A stretch of 40,086 nucleotides of DNA, taken from a virus (lineage: Duplodnaviria > Heunggongvirae > Uroviricota > Caudoviricetes > Crassvirales). Under the pieces are notes generated by a model. It was given only the letters and a program-made list of their open reading frames with translations. It was not told the DNA's origin and ran no database searches. Of this stretch, positions 27,301 through 35,381 are shown one piece after another. Made by a program: the position numbers and the translations under genes. Every line of letters begins with the position of its first letter. The first letter of the stretch is position 1. The stretch is taken from IMG/VR virus record IMGVR_UViG_3300028048_000093; one strand, written 5' to 3'.

Positions 27301-30300
27301 AAACCTGATGTTAAGCCTAAAGGTGATGACAGGGCAGACACTGGTGATAGTGGTACTTCTACTGTACCTCCCGTGAATGGAGGCCCAGTTAATACCTATC
27401 AGCCTCCTGTTGGTGATATTCAAGGTGATGCAGTCATTGCTGAGAACAAAGAGACCAATGGTGCTATTGATACTCCTTCAAGTCTTGATTCAAGGCAAAA
27501 GGGAACTAGACCTTACTATAGGCCAGCTATCCCTGAGCTTCATATTGAGGCAAGTAAGGAAGGTGATTTCAGACCTTTCAACACTGTGGTTGCTGAGAGA
27601 GAAGGTGCTAACTTTGATGCTATCTATGAGCACCTTGCAAGCAATGGTGCCTTTGACTATATCAATAATGGCAACCTCAAGGAAGGTGACGAGATTGGCT
27701 TTATGATTGACCCAACCTTTGAGGAGAAGGTCAATGGTTTTGACTGGCATACCCAGCCCACTATATTCCTTGTTACAAAGGATGGGCAGATTGTAGGTAG
27801 CTTGGATGAATCTCCAAATTCAGTCTCTAGGTATGAAGGTCTAGCTGGTCTACAAGAGAAAATAAGAAAGGAGTATCTGAGGGCAGAAGATAAAACCAAG
27901 AGGTTTACAGCCACTCCTACTACAAGAGTAGCCAAGATGATGACAGGTAAAATTCCTTATGGCAAGACTGAGAGAAGCCTTGCTTCAATCCCTGGAGTCA
28001 TGGATGGTAACAGTGCTCCTATATTTGGTGTTATCAAGAATGGTACTATGGCTACCAATGGTGTGATAGACGATGGTCTAATCATCAAGCCAGTTGATAT
28101 GGCTAACAAGGAAGGTAGATTGTACCTGCTTATTCCTAATGGTGCTGGTAAGTATTCTCCAGCTGCTGTAAGGGTTAAGCACTTCAATGCAGAAGAGTTC
28201 AATCTTGATGATGCCATTGTAGCAGGTACTCCTATGGGTAAGGACTTGATTTCAGCTATCAGTAAGCTTGCTGCTTCTATGAGTGAGGAAGATGTTACTG
28301 AGGCTGTCAAGGAACTCAATAAGGTTCTCTACACAGGTAATCTACACATTGATTTCTTCTCATCAAAGGAGGGCAATGGTATCAGGATTACCCAAGTTGA
28401 GAGGGATGCCAACGGTAATGAAATCTATGATGACACTCCTACTGGCAGAAAGAGAAGAGAGGTTTCAAAGCCTATCTTCCTAACTGAAAGATGGGATAAG
28501 AACACACTGTATGTACTTGGTGAGGATAACTCAGCACAGACTTCTCCACAACAGAAGAGTCAGGCTCAGGTTGAAAAGGAAATCAAGGATGTCCTTATGA
28601 GCTTCAATCTTCCTCTACAGGTTAGTATCAGTGAACTTGGCAAGAAAGGCTATGCAAATAGACTTATCAGCTCAGGTATTCTTACCTCTAACATTGAGAG
28701 TGCAAGGGTTATTGGTAACTGGTTTGTTACTGACTACTTTGATGCACAAGGTAATTTGCAGAAGGCTGTAAGCCCTGCAAGTGCTACTCCAGAGAAGGGT
28801 AGGAGAGTTGAGACTCCTGTAGGTGGTAAGGAGAGTGTAGCTAATGGTACTCCTGTCAATGTGAATGGAGCTATCTATTATGTAGACCTCAAGAATATGG
28901 TTATTACCAGGGATGGTAAATCTAGAAGTTTCCAGCATGGTGATGACTGGCTTATTGATTTGGCTTGGGCACAGGATAACTTTGGTGATGATACTGAGAG
29001 TGCCATTATGAAGGACAACAAGGTTATTACTCCTTCAGGTAAGGTACTTGACAGAACTACTCAGAGATACCTCAGTGATGAGGAAGCCCAGAGAGTCAAG
29101 GATGCCATTGTAGGTAGAAACTCTGAGAGGGAAGCTAGGTTGCAGGAGGCTGAGAGAGTTATCAGTGATATTGAGGAAAACCAAAAGAATGTTGACAAGA
29201 ACAGAACTGATGGTGAGTACTACTATGTACTTGAAGAGGATGGTGAATATCATCCTTATGACAGGGTTCACAGCAGGCTAGGCAGTAACTGGATTGAGTC
29301 TCAGAAGCAGACTGAGGCACTTACTAAGGTAAGGACTGAACTCAGCAGGCTAGTTGATGACCCCAAGCAGTTTGATAACTACCTTAAGTTCCTTGAGAAC
29401 AAGTATAAGGTTAAGCTTGATGATTTCAAGGGCAAGACTGATGCCAAGAGCAGAGACACCATAGCCAACATTATCAGAGATAGAATGGCTGGTACTAACT
29501 CTCAGAGAGCACTTGATGCAGGTACTTCTGTTGACAGTGTTATCAGGCAGTACTTCACTATCAAGGATGTGTCTAAGATTACTAAGCCATCCAATATGAG
29601 TGAGAGTGCATATCTAGACCTGCTTGAGAGACTTAGGGTTATCAAGGAGGGTATTGAGGCAAATGGTGAGAGGTTCATTACTGACAATGTAGTTCTCTAT
29701 GTCAAATACCCTGATGGCACTAGGATTGCTGGTGAGGTGGACATTCTTGCATTGGATAAGGATGGTAACTTCAAGATATATGATGTGAAGACAAGCAGAT
29801 ACTCATTCTATGAGTTTACAGACAGGAACCATAGGAAGGTAAACTACTTCAAGAACCCTTCTGCTACACAGAGAATGAGCACTGAAGCTTACTATACATT
29901 ACAGCTGAGTGCCTATAAGAACTTGTTTGAGTCTCAGTATCATCTGCCTATTACACAACTTGGTATTATGCCATTTGTGCTTAGTTATGATACTCAGGAT
30001 AAAGGTAAGGTTATTTCAATAGTTGGTGAGAAAGGTATTCCTATTACCTATAATCCAGCAGTCAATGTTCCTCTTGTTGGTACAACTGCTGCTCCAGTTA
30101 CTCCAACCAATGACCAGATATTCACTTCTGGTGCAAAGGTTGATGAACAGAGCAATACTGGTGTAAATGATGCCAGCACAGCTAAGTTTGAGAAAGATGG
30201 TCAGATAGTATCTGCTCCTGTCAAGAAGGTTGCTACCATTGGAGGTGTGGATGTGTTTGTTCATAAAGAGGCTAATGTCACAAAGGGATTTGGCAGACCA

Positions 30301-31272
30301 GGTGAGGAGGAACATATTGCCTCCTATAACTACTGGGCAGTCTTCCCCAATGGTAAGGCTATCAAGGTTGTACCTAATGTCAACCCATCTGTGGGTGATG
30401 ATGTACCTATTCAGAAACTTGTTGAGGCACTTTCAGCTAAACCTGAAAAGGTTCAGGCACTTGCTTCAGAGATTACTGGTATTGGTCAGAGTACAGCTCT
30501 AAAGAATGAGACAGCATCTACTATCCTATCTAGCCAACAGAGTGGTGCTAACTCTACTCTACAGGCAGAGCAGGCAGTCAATGCTCCTACAAAGAGGACT
30601 AGGAAACACCTCAGAGTAGTTGATGGTGAGAGACCTCAGTGGAGTCAGGAAAAGGAAGTCAGATGGCTTGAGAAAGTACTGCCACAACTTAGTAAGGAAA
30701 AGAGGCTTTCCCTTGTCAAGGGTCTGATTAAGGTATCAGATAAAGGCCCACTTGCTTGGGGTCAGTTTGAGGATGGTATGGTCACTTTGAGTAGTGAAGC
30801 TGCTGAGGGCACAGCATACCATGAGGCTTTCCACGTTGTATTCAACACTCTTCTAGACCAGTCAGAGATTGAGGGTCTGTATGAGGAAGCAAAGAGAAAG
30901 TTTGGTAATCTGGCCAATGATGAGCTGGAGGAAAGAATGGCAGAGGATTTCAGGGAGTATGTTCTTTCACAGGATGAAAGAGGTCTTGGCAGAAGGATGC
31001 TTGATTTCTTCAGGAATCTGTTTGACAAGGTTACTAACTGGAAGTACATGAAGCCATCACTGACAAGCTACTATAGAATGATTAACCAAGGCAGATATGC
31101 CAATAGTACTTTGAGAATTGCTCCTTTGAACACTAAGGCTAACTCAACCACTTGGTCATCAATGGATGATGACAATAGGGAAGCCCTTACAAAGAAGGGT
31201 TGGACTGAGGAAAAGTTTGATAGTGTATCACAAGAAGAGAGGGAGCAGGCATTGAGGTGCTTGGCTTTCTGA
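24334..31272 (+). CDS. Giant virion cargo protein with N-terminal hydrophobic segments, a PD-(D/E)xK nuclease-like domain and a C-terminal zincin (HExxH) domain
   Basis: 2312 aa; IAGEVDILAL...IYDVKTS...LQLSAYK at about 29720-29920; AYHEAFH...LEERMAEDF at about 30815-30950. Confidence 0.8.
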   Translation: MATEQTIKDPREVGTQGLRGLSFLPERPDGLHLGRSAREYNTLQNYKNINTAPVQELGELFPEAGSSKYDTAVESLTDLENLQDIRAEEQPWYAKIGAGLAKGLVLAGTTFLDGTIGLVVGAGTAIGEGRWSGLWDNEFSKAMKAVNDSMEEKLPNYYSQEELNSPWYENIFTANFIGDKFIKNLGFSVGALYSGGVWTKPLTLGGRIAQGIGLVTETSKAPAMVNTFVGAGISSLNEGRIEALNNSTDWYNVQKQQLDDSIKGVIKGITEEYEANAGKELVKSPDGNGAYDPAYKTYQDKLQKVEETYQATLAKMNEDRAKMGNVDMLMNIPILMASNILQFSKFYANGYKTARKTSNIVGEAGAYTTQKSKAGGIWAVTKGATSEGVEEISQSAASRISGDYYEDDVNNFYKARINPEAEQETLSWMKSFAQGINETVNDGSAWEEFFIGTLTGALGIPTFKKRANGKYGIGIEGGAANEYSQYREQMAREQEIADYMNSRVQSPEFLNYYQGLIRHNKYQNDMNQAVEDGDEFEFKNAEHAQLVSDIIMFDNAGKLGDLKTLINEAYDTSDENLDTIIRNTTSVVENADGSKSLAGPFAEYAYLDDNGQIASNLADENDKAAMIGKLTASKEEMTSTIEEYQKIKDDIDIRTGERLTDEQLEELTWMRSQLGNWAERATAVSGEVKGAISNVIGNLDGFASFYEQIRDFEGQNHAELTDRYKQADESARKIRAAIQTLDIIRKSDDDKLAATIASSPEFVDGLIDQIESLDETVMGTESKDDIIAKLRDIVKLGNASKTYKAKLEEYLKNPEAQAKSHQQAYEQAAKEEATRQSKGLKEALEGAENIQQFREAIASEEDIESRDNVLRDLEASGNQMAKNYRETEQYNREVRRKIEESDASEQEKQDALKLLQDQYNYSETLEQIANPNSVFVTNENAFDETSESPEEALNRFTAAQYLLQTAMYGANEDVKFKDRFSDAYRAPAKKPDVKPKGDDRADTGDSGTSTVPPVNGGPVNTYQPPVGDIQGDAVIAENKETNGAIDTPSSLDSRQKGTRPYYRPAIPELHIEASKEGDFRPFNTVVAEREGANFDAIYEHLASNGAFDYINNGNLKEGDEIGFMIDPTFEEKVNGFDWHTQPTIFLVTKDGQIVGSLDESPNSVSRYEGLAGLQEKIRKEYLRAEDKTKRFTATPTTRVAKMMTGKIPYGKTERSLASIPGVMDGNSAPIFGVIKNGTMATNGVIDDGLIIKPVDMANKEGRLYLLIPNGAGKYSPAAVRVKHFNAEEFNLDDAIVAGTPMGKDLISAISKLAASMSEEDVTEAVKELNKVLYTGNLHIDFFSSKEGNGIRITQVERDANGNEIYDDTPTGRKRREVSKPIFLTERWDKNTLYVLGEDNSAQTSPQQKSQAQVEKEIKDVLMSFNLPLQVSISELGKKGYANRLISSGILTSNIESARVIGNWFVTDYFDAQGNLQKAVSPASATPEKGRRVETPVGGKESVANGTPVNVNGAIYYVDLKNMVITRDGKSRSFQHGDDWLIDLAWAQDNFGDDTESAIMKDNKVITPSGKVLDRTTQRYLSDEEAQRVKDAIVGRNSEREARLQEAERVISDIEENQKNVDKNRTDGEYYYVLEEDGEYHPYDRVHSRLGSNWIESQKQTEALTKVRTELSRLVDDPKQFDNYLKFLENKYKVKLDDFKGKTDAKSRDTIANIIRDRMAGTNSQRALDAGTSVDSVIRQYFTIKDVSKITKPSNMSESAYLDLLERLRVIKEGIEANGERFITDNVVLYVKYPDGTRIAGEVDILALDKDGNFKIYDVKTSRYSFYEFTDRNHRKVNYFKNPSATQRMSTEAYYTLQLSAYKNLFESQYHLPITQLGIMPFVLSYDTQDKGKVISIVGEKGIPITYNPAVNVPLVGTTAAPVTPTNDQIFTSGAKVDEQSNTGVNDASTAKFEKDGQIVSAPVKKVATIGGVDVFVHKEANVTKGFGRPGEEEHIASYNYWAVFPNGKAIKVVPNVNPSVGDDVPIQKLVEALSAKPEKVQALASEITGIGQSTALKNETASTILSSQQSGANSTLQAEQAVNAPTKRTRKHLRVVDGERPQWSQEKEVRWLEKVLPQLSKEKRLSLVKGLIKVSDKGPLAWGQFEDGMVTLSSEAAEGTAYHEAFHVVFNTLLDQSEIEGLYEEAKRKFGNLANDELEERMAEDFREYVLSQDERGLGRRMLDFFRNLFDKVTNWKYMKPSLTSYYRMINQGRYANSTLRIAPLNTKANSTTWSSMDDDNREALTKKGWTEEKFDSVSQEEREQALRCLAF

Positions 31273-31279
31273 ACAAGGT

Positions 31280-31322
31280 AAAAAAAAATAAGGGAGGGTA
31301 CTAAACCCTCCCTTATTTTGTT
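31280..31322. terminator. Bidirectional terminator between convergent transcription units
   Basis: Perfect 15-bp arms aaaataagggagggt / accctcccttatttt with loop actaa; A9 tract on the left, T-rich tract on the right. Confidence 0.9.
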
Positions 31323-31324
31323 TA

Positions 31325-34300
31325 CTATTGTTTGAAGAATGGAATACTCTCCTCAGGGTGTAAGCCCTTATAGATTGTCTTATTCATTGGTATCACAGGT
31401 GACTCAAAGAAGAGCCTGTATGCCCTACTCTCACCCTTATACCTGCCTGACTTAAGTATAGCATCCTCACCTCCGAATGTCTCATAATTATATGGGTTAA
31501 GAAGACCCACAAGGTCAAGCAATCCCTCAGCAGTCTTAATGCCCGCAGCTGGTGACTTAAGGATTGTAAATGCCTCCTTTGACATCTGAGGACCTGGAAT
31601 CATAGCACCAAGCTCAGTGTATAGTCTCCTAGCCTGATATTCAACCATCTTTTCTGCCCAAGGTCTATCCTTACCACCCCAGTCTACAAGACCTAGGAAG
31701 GCTGTCAGAATCAGGAAATGACCTACCTCAGTGAGTGCTCTTCTTATATTAGCCTTCTCAGTTGGAGTAAGGTTGTCCCAGTTGGCTGCTATGGCAAACT
31801 GACCTTCCTTCAGCTCCTTTGCAAGCTGCCACAGGAATCTGCCAGTGGTATTGTAATAACCCTCAGTCCATGCCTGCATATCATAGTTATAGGTAGCTGA
31901 CTTGAATCTCCTGTTCAAGGATGGTTTAATCCACTTTCTGAACATGATTGCCATTCTACCAATAGCTAGTCTCTGAACTGCTGACCTGTCTATCTTATTA
32001 TAGATACCGTGCATCCTTTGGTTAATGGCAGCAGACTTCCTACTGAAAGCAATGATGTCATCCTTGGTAAACTCAGTGCCATCTGCTTTCTTATAGCCTT
32101 GTTTCAGCTGTAGTTTTGCACCTAGCTTCTTGTTATTGGGGTCTGTGTACACAACCTCCATTGCATCCCATAGGCTCACAATCTTACCATCAGGTGCTTT
32201 CATCTTATAGGCATCAGCCAGTGCAAGGGAAGTTCTGTTCTGCATCCAATGCTCACCAGCATTATTCATTACAAACAGTGCTGAACTGCCAAACATTCTG
32301 CTGAACCATGTCCTTCTGTCAAAGTTGACTTCCCTGACATCCTGCTCATAGTCTTGCATGACATTGAATAGCTCATCCCATAGGGCAATCTTACTAGTCT
32401 TAACCCTACTGCCAATCTCTGCCAAGAAGAATGGAAGCTCCTTACCATAAATCCTATCAGCATTGAGGGTGTTCTTCTCACTGTAGAACTCACCTGCAAA
32501 AGATTCTATCCTCATCATAACCTTACCAGTGGCTACATTTGAGATACCTGAGAGGATGTTAAGACCTAGCATATTGAGTGAAGTAACCCTGTTGATAAAG
32601 TTGGCTACTTTACCTTTGTCTATATTGCTACTTCCAAAGGTTCCCTCATCTGCCATGTATCTTCCATATACCTGCATTTCAAAGAAGTCATTGAGCCTCT
32701 GGAGGATTCTCCTCTCATCCTTACTCTTTACAACCTTGGACTCTACCTGTCTGCCTACTGAGGTGAATTTCTCCATCAGAGGTTTACCACCTCTTGTTTT
32801 GGTAATCTCCAAGTTATCCCTTAGAATATCCCTGCCCACCTCAAGTACATCAATGACCTTGTTCATTTCATCAAAGTCATGTGCCATTGCAGCATAGGCT
32901 ACCATAGTGGACATCACATCAGTAGATATGTCATTATTGCTCTCTCCCTCCTTTAATTTGGTAAAGTAGATAGGCAATACCTGAACCTCATTACCTTCAA
33001 AGTCCTTCACAGTAGCCCTATCACCGAACTCTGTGTCATCAGTCCTTCTGATGAACTGGTCTTTGATTGCCTCCCATATCTGAGTGGTTCCCTGTTTTAC
33101 ACTATCAGACTGCTTAACTCTCTCAATAAGGTCTTTCCTAATCTTTACAGCATTGGTAAGTGTAGTGTATTTCTCAGGTAGATAAGAGTCAAGTTCAGCC
33201 TTGATTTCCATGATGGTATCATAGAACTCCCTCTGTGCTTGATTCATACTCCTGAACTTGTCACTTGCATAGAGTGACATTCTAGGTTGTCTCCTTCCAT
33301 TGATTACCTCAAGGTTAGCCTCATACCAAGCTCTCTTGGCCTCATTAAAGGCATTGACATCTTCACCTACAGGGTTATCACCATATTGCTGCCTGAGTCT
33401 TGCAAGCATTGCATTTTTAGCCTCAGTGTACTTGCCATAGTCAACCTCAGAAATGTACTTTCCTGTCTTATTGCCCTTACTATCAGTCTCAAACATCCAG
33501 TCAAAGCCCTTGACCCCAGCTTGCTCCAGCTTAACAGATGCAGCCTCTAGTCTCTTCCTTACTTCGATGGTTCTAAGCCTAGCATTTTCTTTACTCTTCT
33601 TGACAGACTGGTCCATTACCTTAAGCATATATGAGGATGAATCTGCCATAGAATCAAGCCACCTATCAAAGAATGAAATATCTTCATCTGCCATCTTAAC
33701 TAGGTCTTCTGCCTTGATAGTCTTACCCTTCCACTTGCCAAATGGAACAACAATGTTCTCACCTACAAATGGCCTGATAAAATCTACAAAGAGAGGCATA
33801 GCTACATTGTTATATTGTACAAAGAGGTCTCCTAGCAAACTGGTAGTAGCATCCAAAGAAGACTTTACTCTCTCACCATACCTGTTGTCTGCATACCTCT
33901 GCTCATCAAGTACAACGCTTCTGATGTCATCAATGATACTCTTATAGCTATACAGGTAGTTTCTGATGTCTCTCATTACCCTAGCCCTGTCCCTAGTATC
34001 AGTAGCAGGTGTACTTGACAGTGCAATAAGCCTGTTGTTAATCTTCTCCAGTTCACCTAGTGCATTTTGAATGAAGGTGTAGATACCCTCTATCTCATTA
34101 TTATCTGCTAACTCAAGGTCTAGGCGGTCTATAAGGAGTCTTTGATTGACACTGAAAGGTGAATCAGGATTTCTCTTCTCATAAATCTTGAGCCTCTTTA
34201 ACTCATTGTTAATGATACCCTGAAGCAACTTTTTGTCTCTAGCTACCCTGTCAGCAAGGTTATAGAACTTACTGGTCTCAGTAATGTTAGCTACATTCAG

Positions 34301-35380
34301 TTCCTCATCTAACCTGCCTCCTAGAATGTCCTTAGCAATCTTGCTTACTCCAGTGTTGGCATCAATCATAGCCTTCTTGAATGGAGTAGCATTTAGTTTA
34401 CTGAAGAAATTTTTTACTGCGGCCACAACCCTCTGCAACAAATTCTTGTAGGAGGTTGGCTGGTAGTCAGCATTTTTCAGTAGGTGTTCTGCAAGCAGCT
34501 TACCTGCTGCTTCAGTAGCTAGCTTCTGTGTATCATTGCCATAGGCTGATACATAGGCATCATACTCCTCACCTATAATACTTTGGGCTAAACCATTGTT
34601 AGCTATGTTATTGATAAGCCTTTGTACTAGAGGATGTTCACCTAGTGCAGCAAGTGCGAAGTGAGCAAATTCCTCAGGTAGTGCTTTCTCACCAAGTTCA
34701 CCTTGGGCTATCCTGATTAACTCTACAATACCATCAGCAGCATTTTTGGCTTGGTCAAAGTCAGTGACACCATTGATGCCCATTCTTTCCTCCAAGTCAG
34801 TAAGTGCTCCTACTGATATGCCGTGTGCAGAGAGTATATCCCTCAACCTTGCATTGAGGTTATAGTTATACTCCATCTTCTCTGCATTAATAGAGCGTAA
34901 CTTGTTTCTTCTTTCTACTTTAATACCTTTATATACCTTATTGGTTTCATTGTCCATTATGTTAATCACACTGGCTACATACTCATCCCTGAACTCAGAG
35001 GTAGTATTAAATTGAATAGCCTTCTGTGTAAGCATACGGACATTCTCAGCATTGGGAACCCAAAGAGCTGGTCTTGACTGACCTTTCTTGAAGTAACCAA
35101 TGTCCCTGTTCAACCTTTCCAGTACAGCCTCATTTGGAATGTACTTACTCAGGTTAGTCTTCTGAAGCAAACTTCTTAGTGTAGGCTCATTATTATCATC
35201 CAATACAAGTTTGGGATTCCATTCCTGTATGAATTGCTGACCCTTTGTAATCTCATAGAGCTTTACAGTCAGTGGCCTGTTGTTTGAGGTAAAGGAGAGC
35301 AAGTCCTTAAACAACTTGCTCTCCACAATGTTACCTTTGTTGCTTCTTACTGATGGAATGATTGCGCAACTTTTTGCCAT
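31325..35380 (-). CDS. Large virion-associated protein next to the vRNAP, with a degenerate zincin-like motif
   Basis: 1351 aa; LPEEFAHF...ATEAAG motif; helical C-terminal half; ends TAG-TAA; coupled to the RNAP gene. Confidence 0.7.
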   Translation of the reverse strand: MAKSCAIIPSVRSNKGNIVESKLFKDLLSFTSNNRPLTVKLYEITKGQQFIQEWNPKLVLDDNNEPTLRSLLQKTNLSKYIPNEAVLERLNRDIGYFKKGQSRPALWVPNAENVRMLTQKAIQFNTTSEFRDEYVASVINIMDNETNKVYKGIKVERRNKLRSINAEKMEYNYNLNARLRDILSAHGISVGALTDLEERMGINGVTDFDQAKNAADGIVELIRIAQGELGEKALPEEFAHFALAALGEHPLVQRLINNIANNGLAQSIIGEEYDAYVSAYGNDTQKLATEAAGKLLAEHLLKNADYQPTSYKNLLQRVVAAVKNFFSKLNATPFKKAMIDANTGVSKIAKDILGGRLDEELNVANITETSKFYNLADRVARDKKLLQGIINNELKRLKIYEKRNPDSPFSVNQRLLIDRLDLELADNNEIEGIYTFIQNALGELEKINNRLIALSSTPATDTRDRARVMRDIRNYLYSYKSIIDDIRSVVLDEQRYADNRYGERVKSSLDATTSLLGDLFVQYNNVAMPLFVDFIRPFVGENIVVPFGKWKGKTIKAEDLVKMADEDISFFDRWLDSMADSSSYMLKVMDQSVKKSKENARLRTIEVRKRLEAASVKLEQAGVKGFDWMFETDSKGNKTGKYISEVDYGKYTEAKNAMLARLRQQYGDNPVGEDVNAFNEAKRAWYEANLEVINGRRQPRMSLYASDKFRSMNQAQREFYDTIMEIKAELDSYLPEKYTTLTNAVKIRKDLIERVKQSDSVKQGTTQIWEAIKDQFIRRTDDTEFGDRATVKDFEGNEVQVLPIYFTKLKEGESNNDISTDVMSTMVAYAAMAHDFDEMNKVIDVLEVGRDILRDNLEITKTRGGKPLMEKFTSVGRQVESKVVKSKDERRILQRLNDFFEMQVYGRYMADEGTFGSSNIDKGKVANFINRVTSLNMLGLNILSGISNVATGKVMMRIESFAGEFYSEKNTLNADRIYGKELPFFLAEIGSRVKTSKIALWDELFNVMQDYEQDVREVNFDRRTWFSRMFGSSALFVMNNAGEHWMQNRTSLALADAYKMKAPDGKIVSLWDAMEVVYTDPNNKKLGAKLQLKQGYKKADGTEFTKDDIIAFSRKSAAINQRMHGIYNKIDRSAVQRLAIGRMAIMFRKWIKPSLNRRFKSATYNYDMQAWTEGYYNTTGRFLWQLAKELKEGQFAIAANWDNLTPTEKANIRRALTEVGHFLILTAFLGLVDWGGKDRPWAEKMVEYQARRLYTELGAMIPGPQMSKEAFTILKSPAAGIKTAEGLLDLVGLLNPYNYETFGGEDAILKSGRYKGESRAYRLFFESPVIPMNKTIYKGLHPEESIPFFKQ

Positions 35381-35381
35381 A

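Noticed and set aside
31280-31288. A9 homopolymer as a slippage or phase-variation site
   Set aside because: It is intergenic and forms the U tract of the minus-strand half of the bidirectional terminator.
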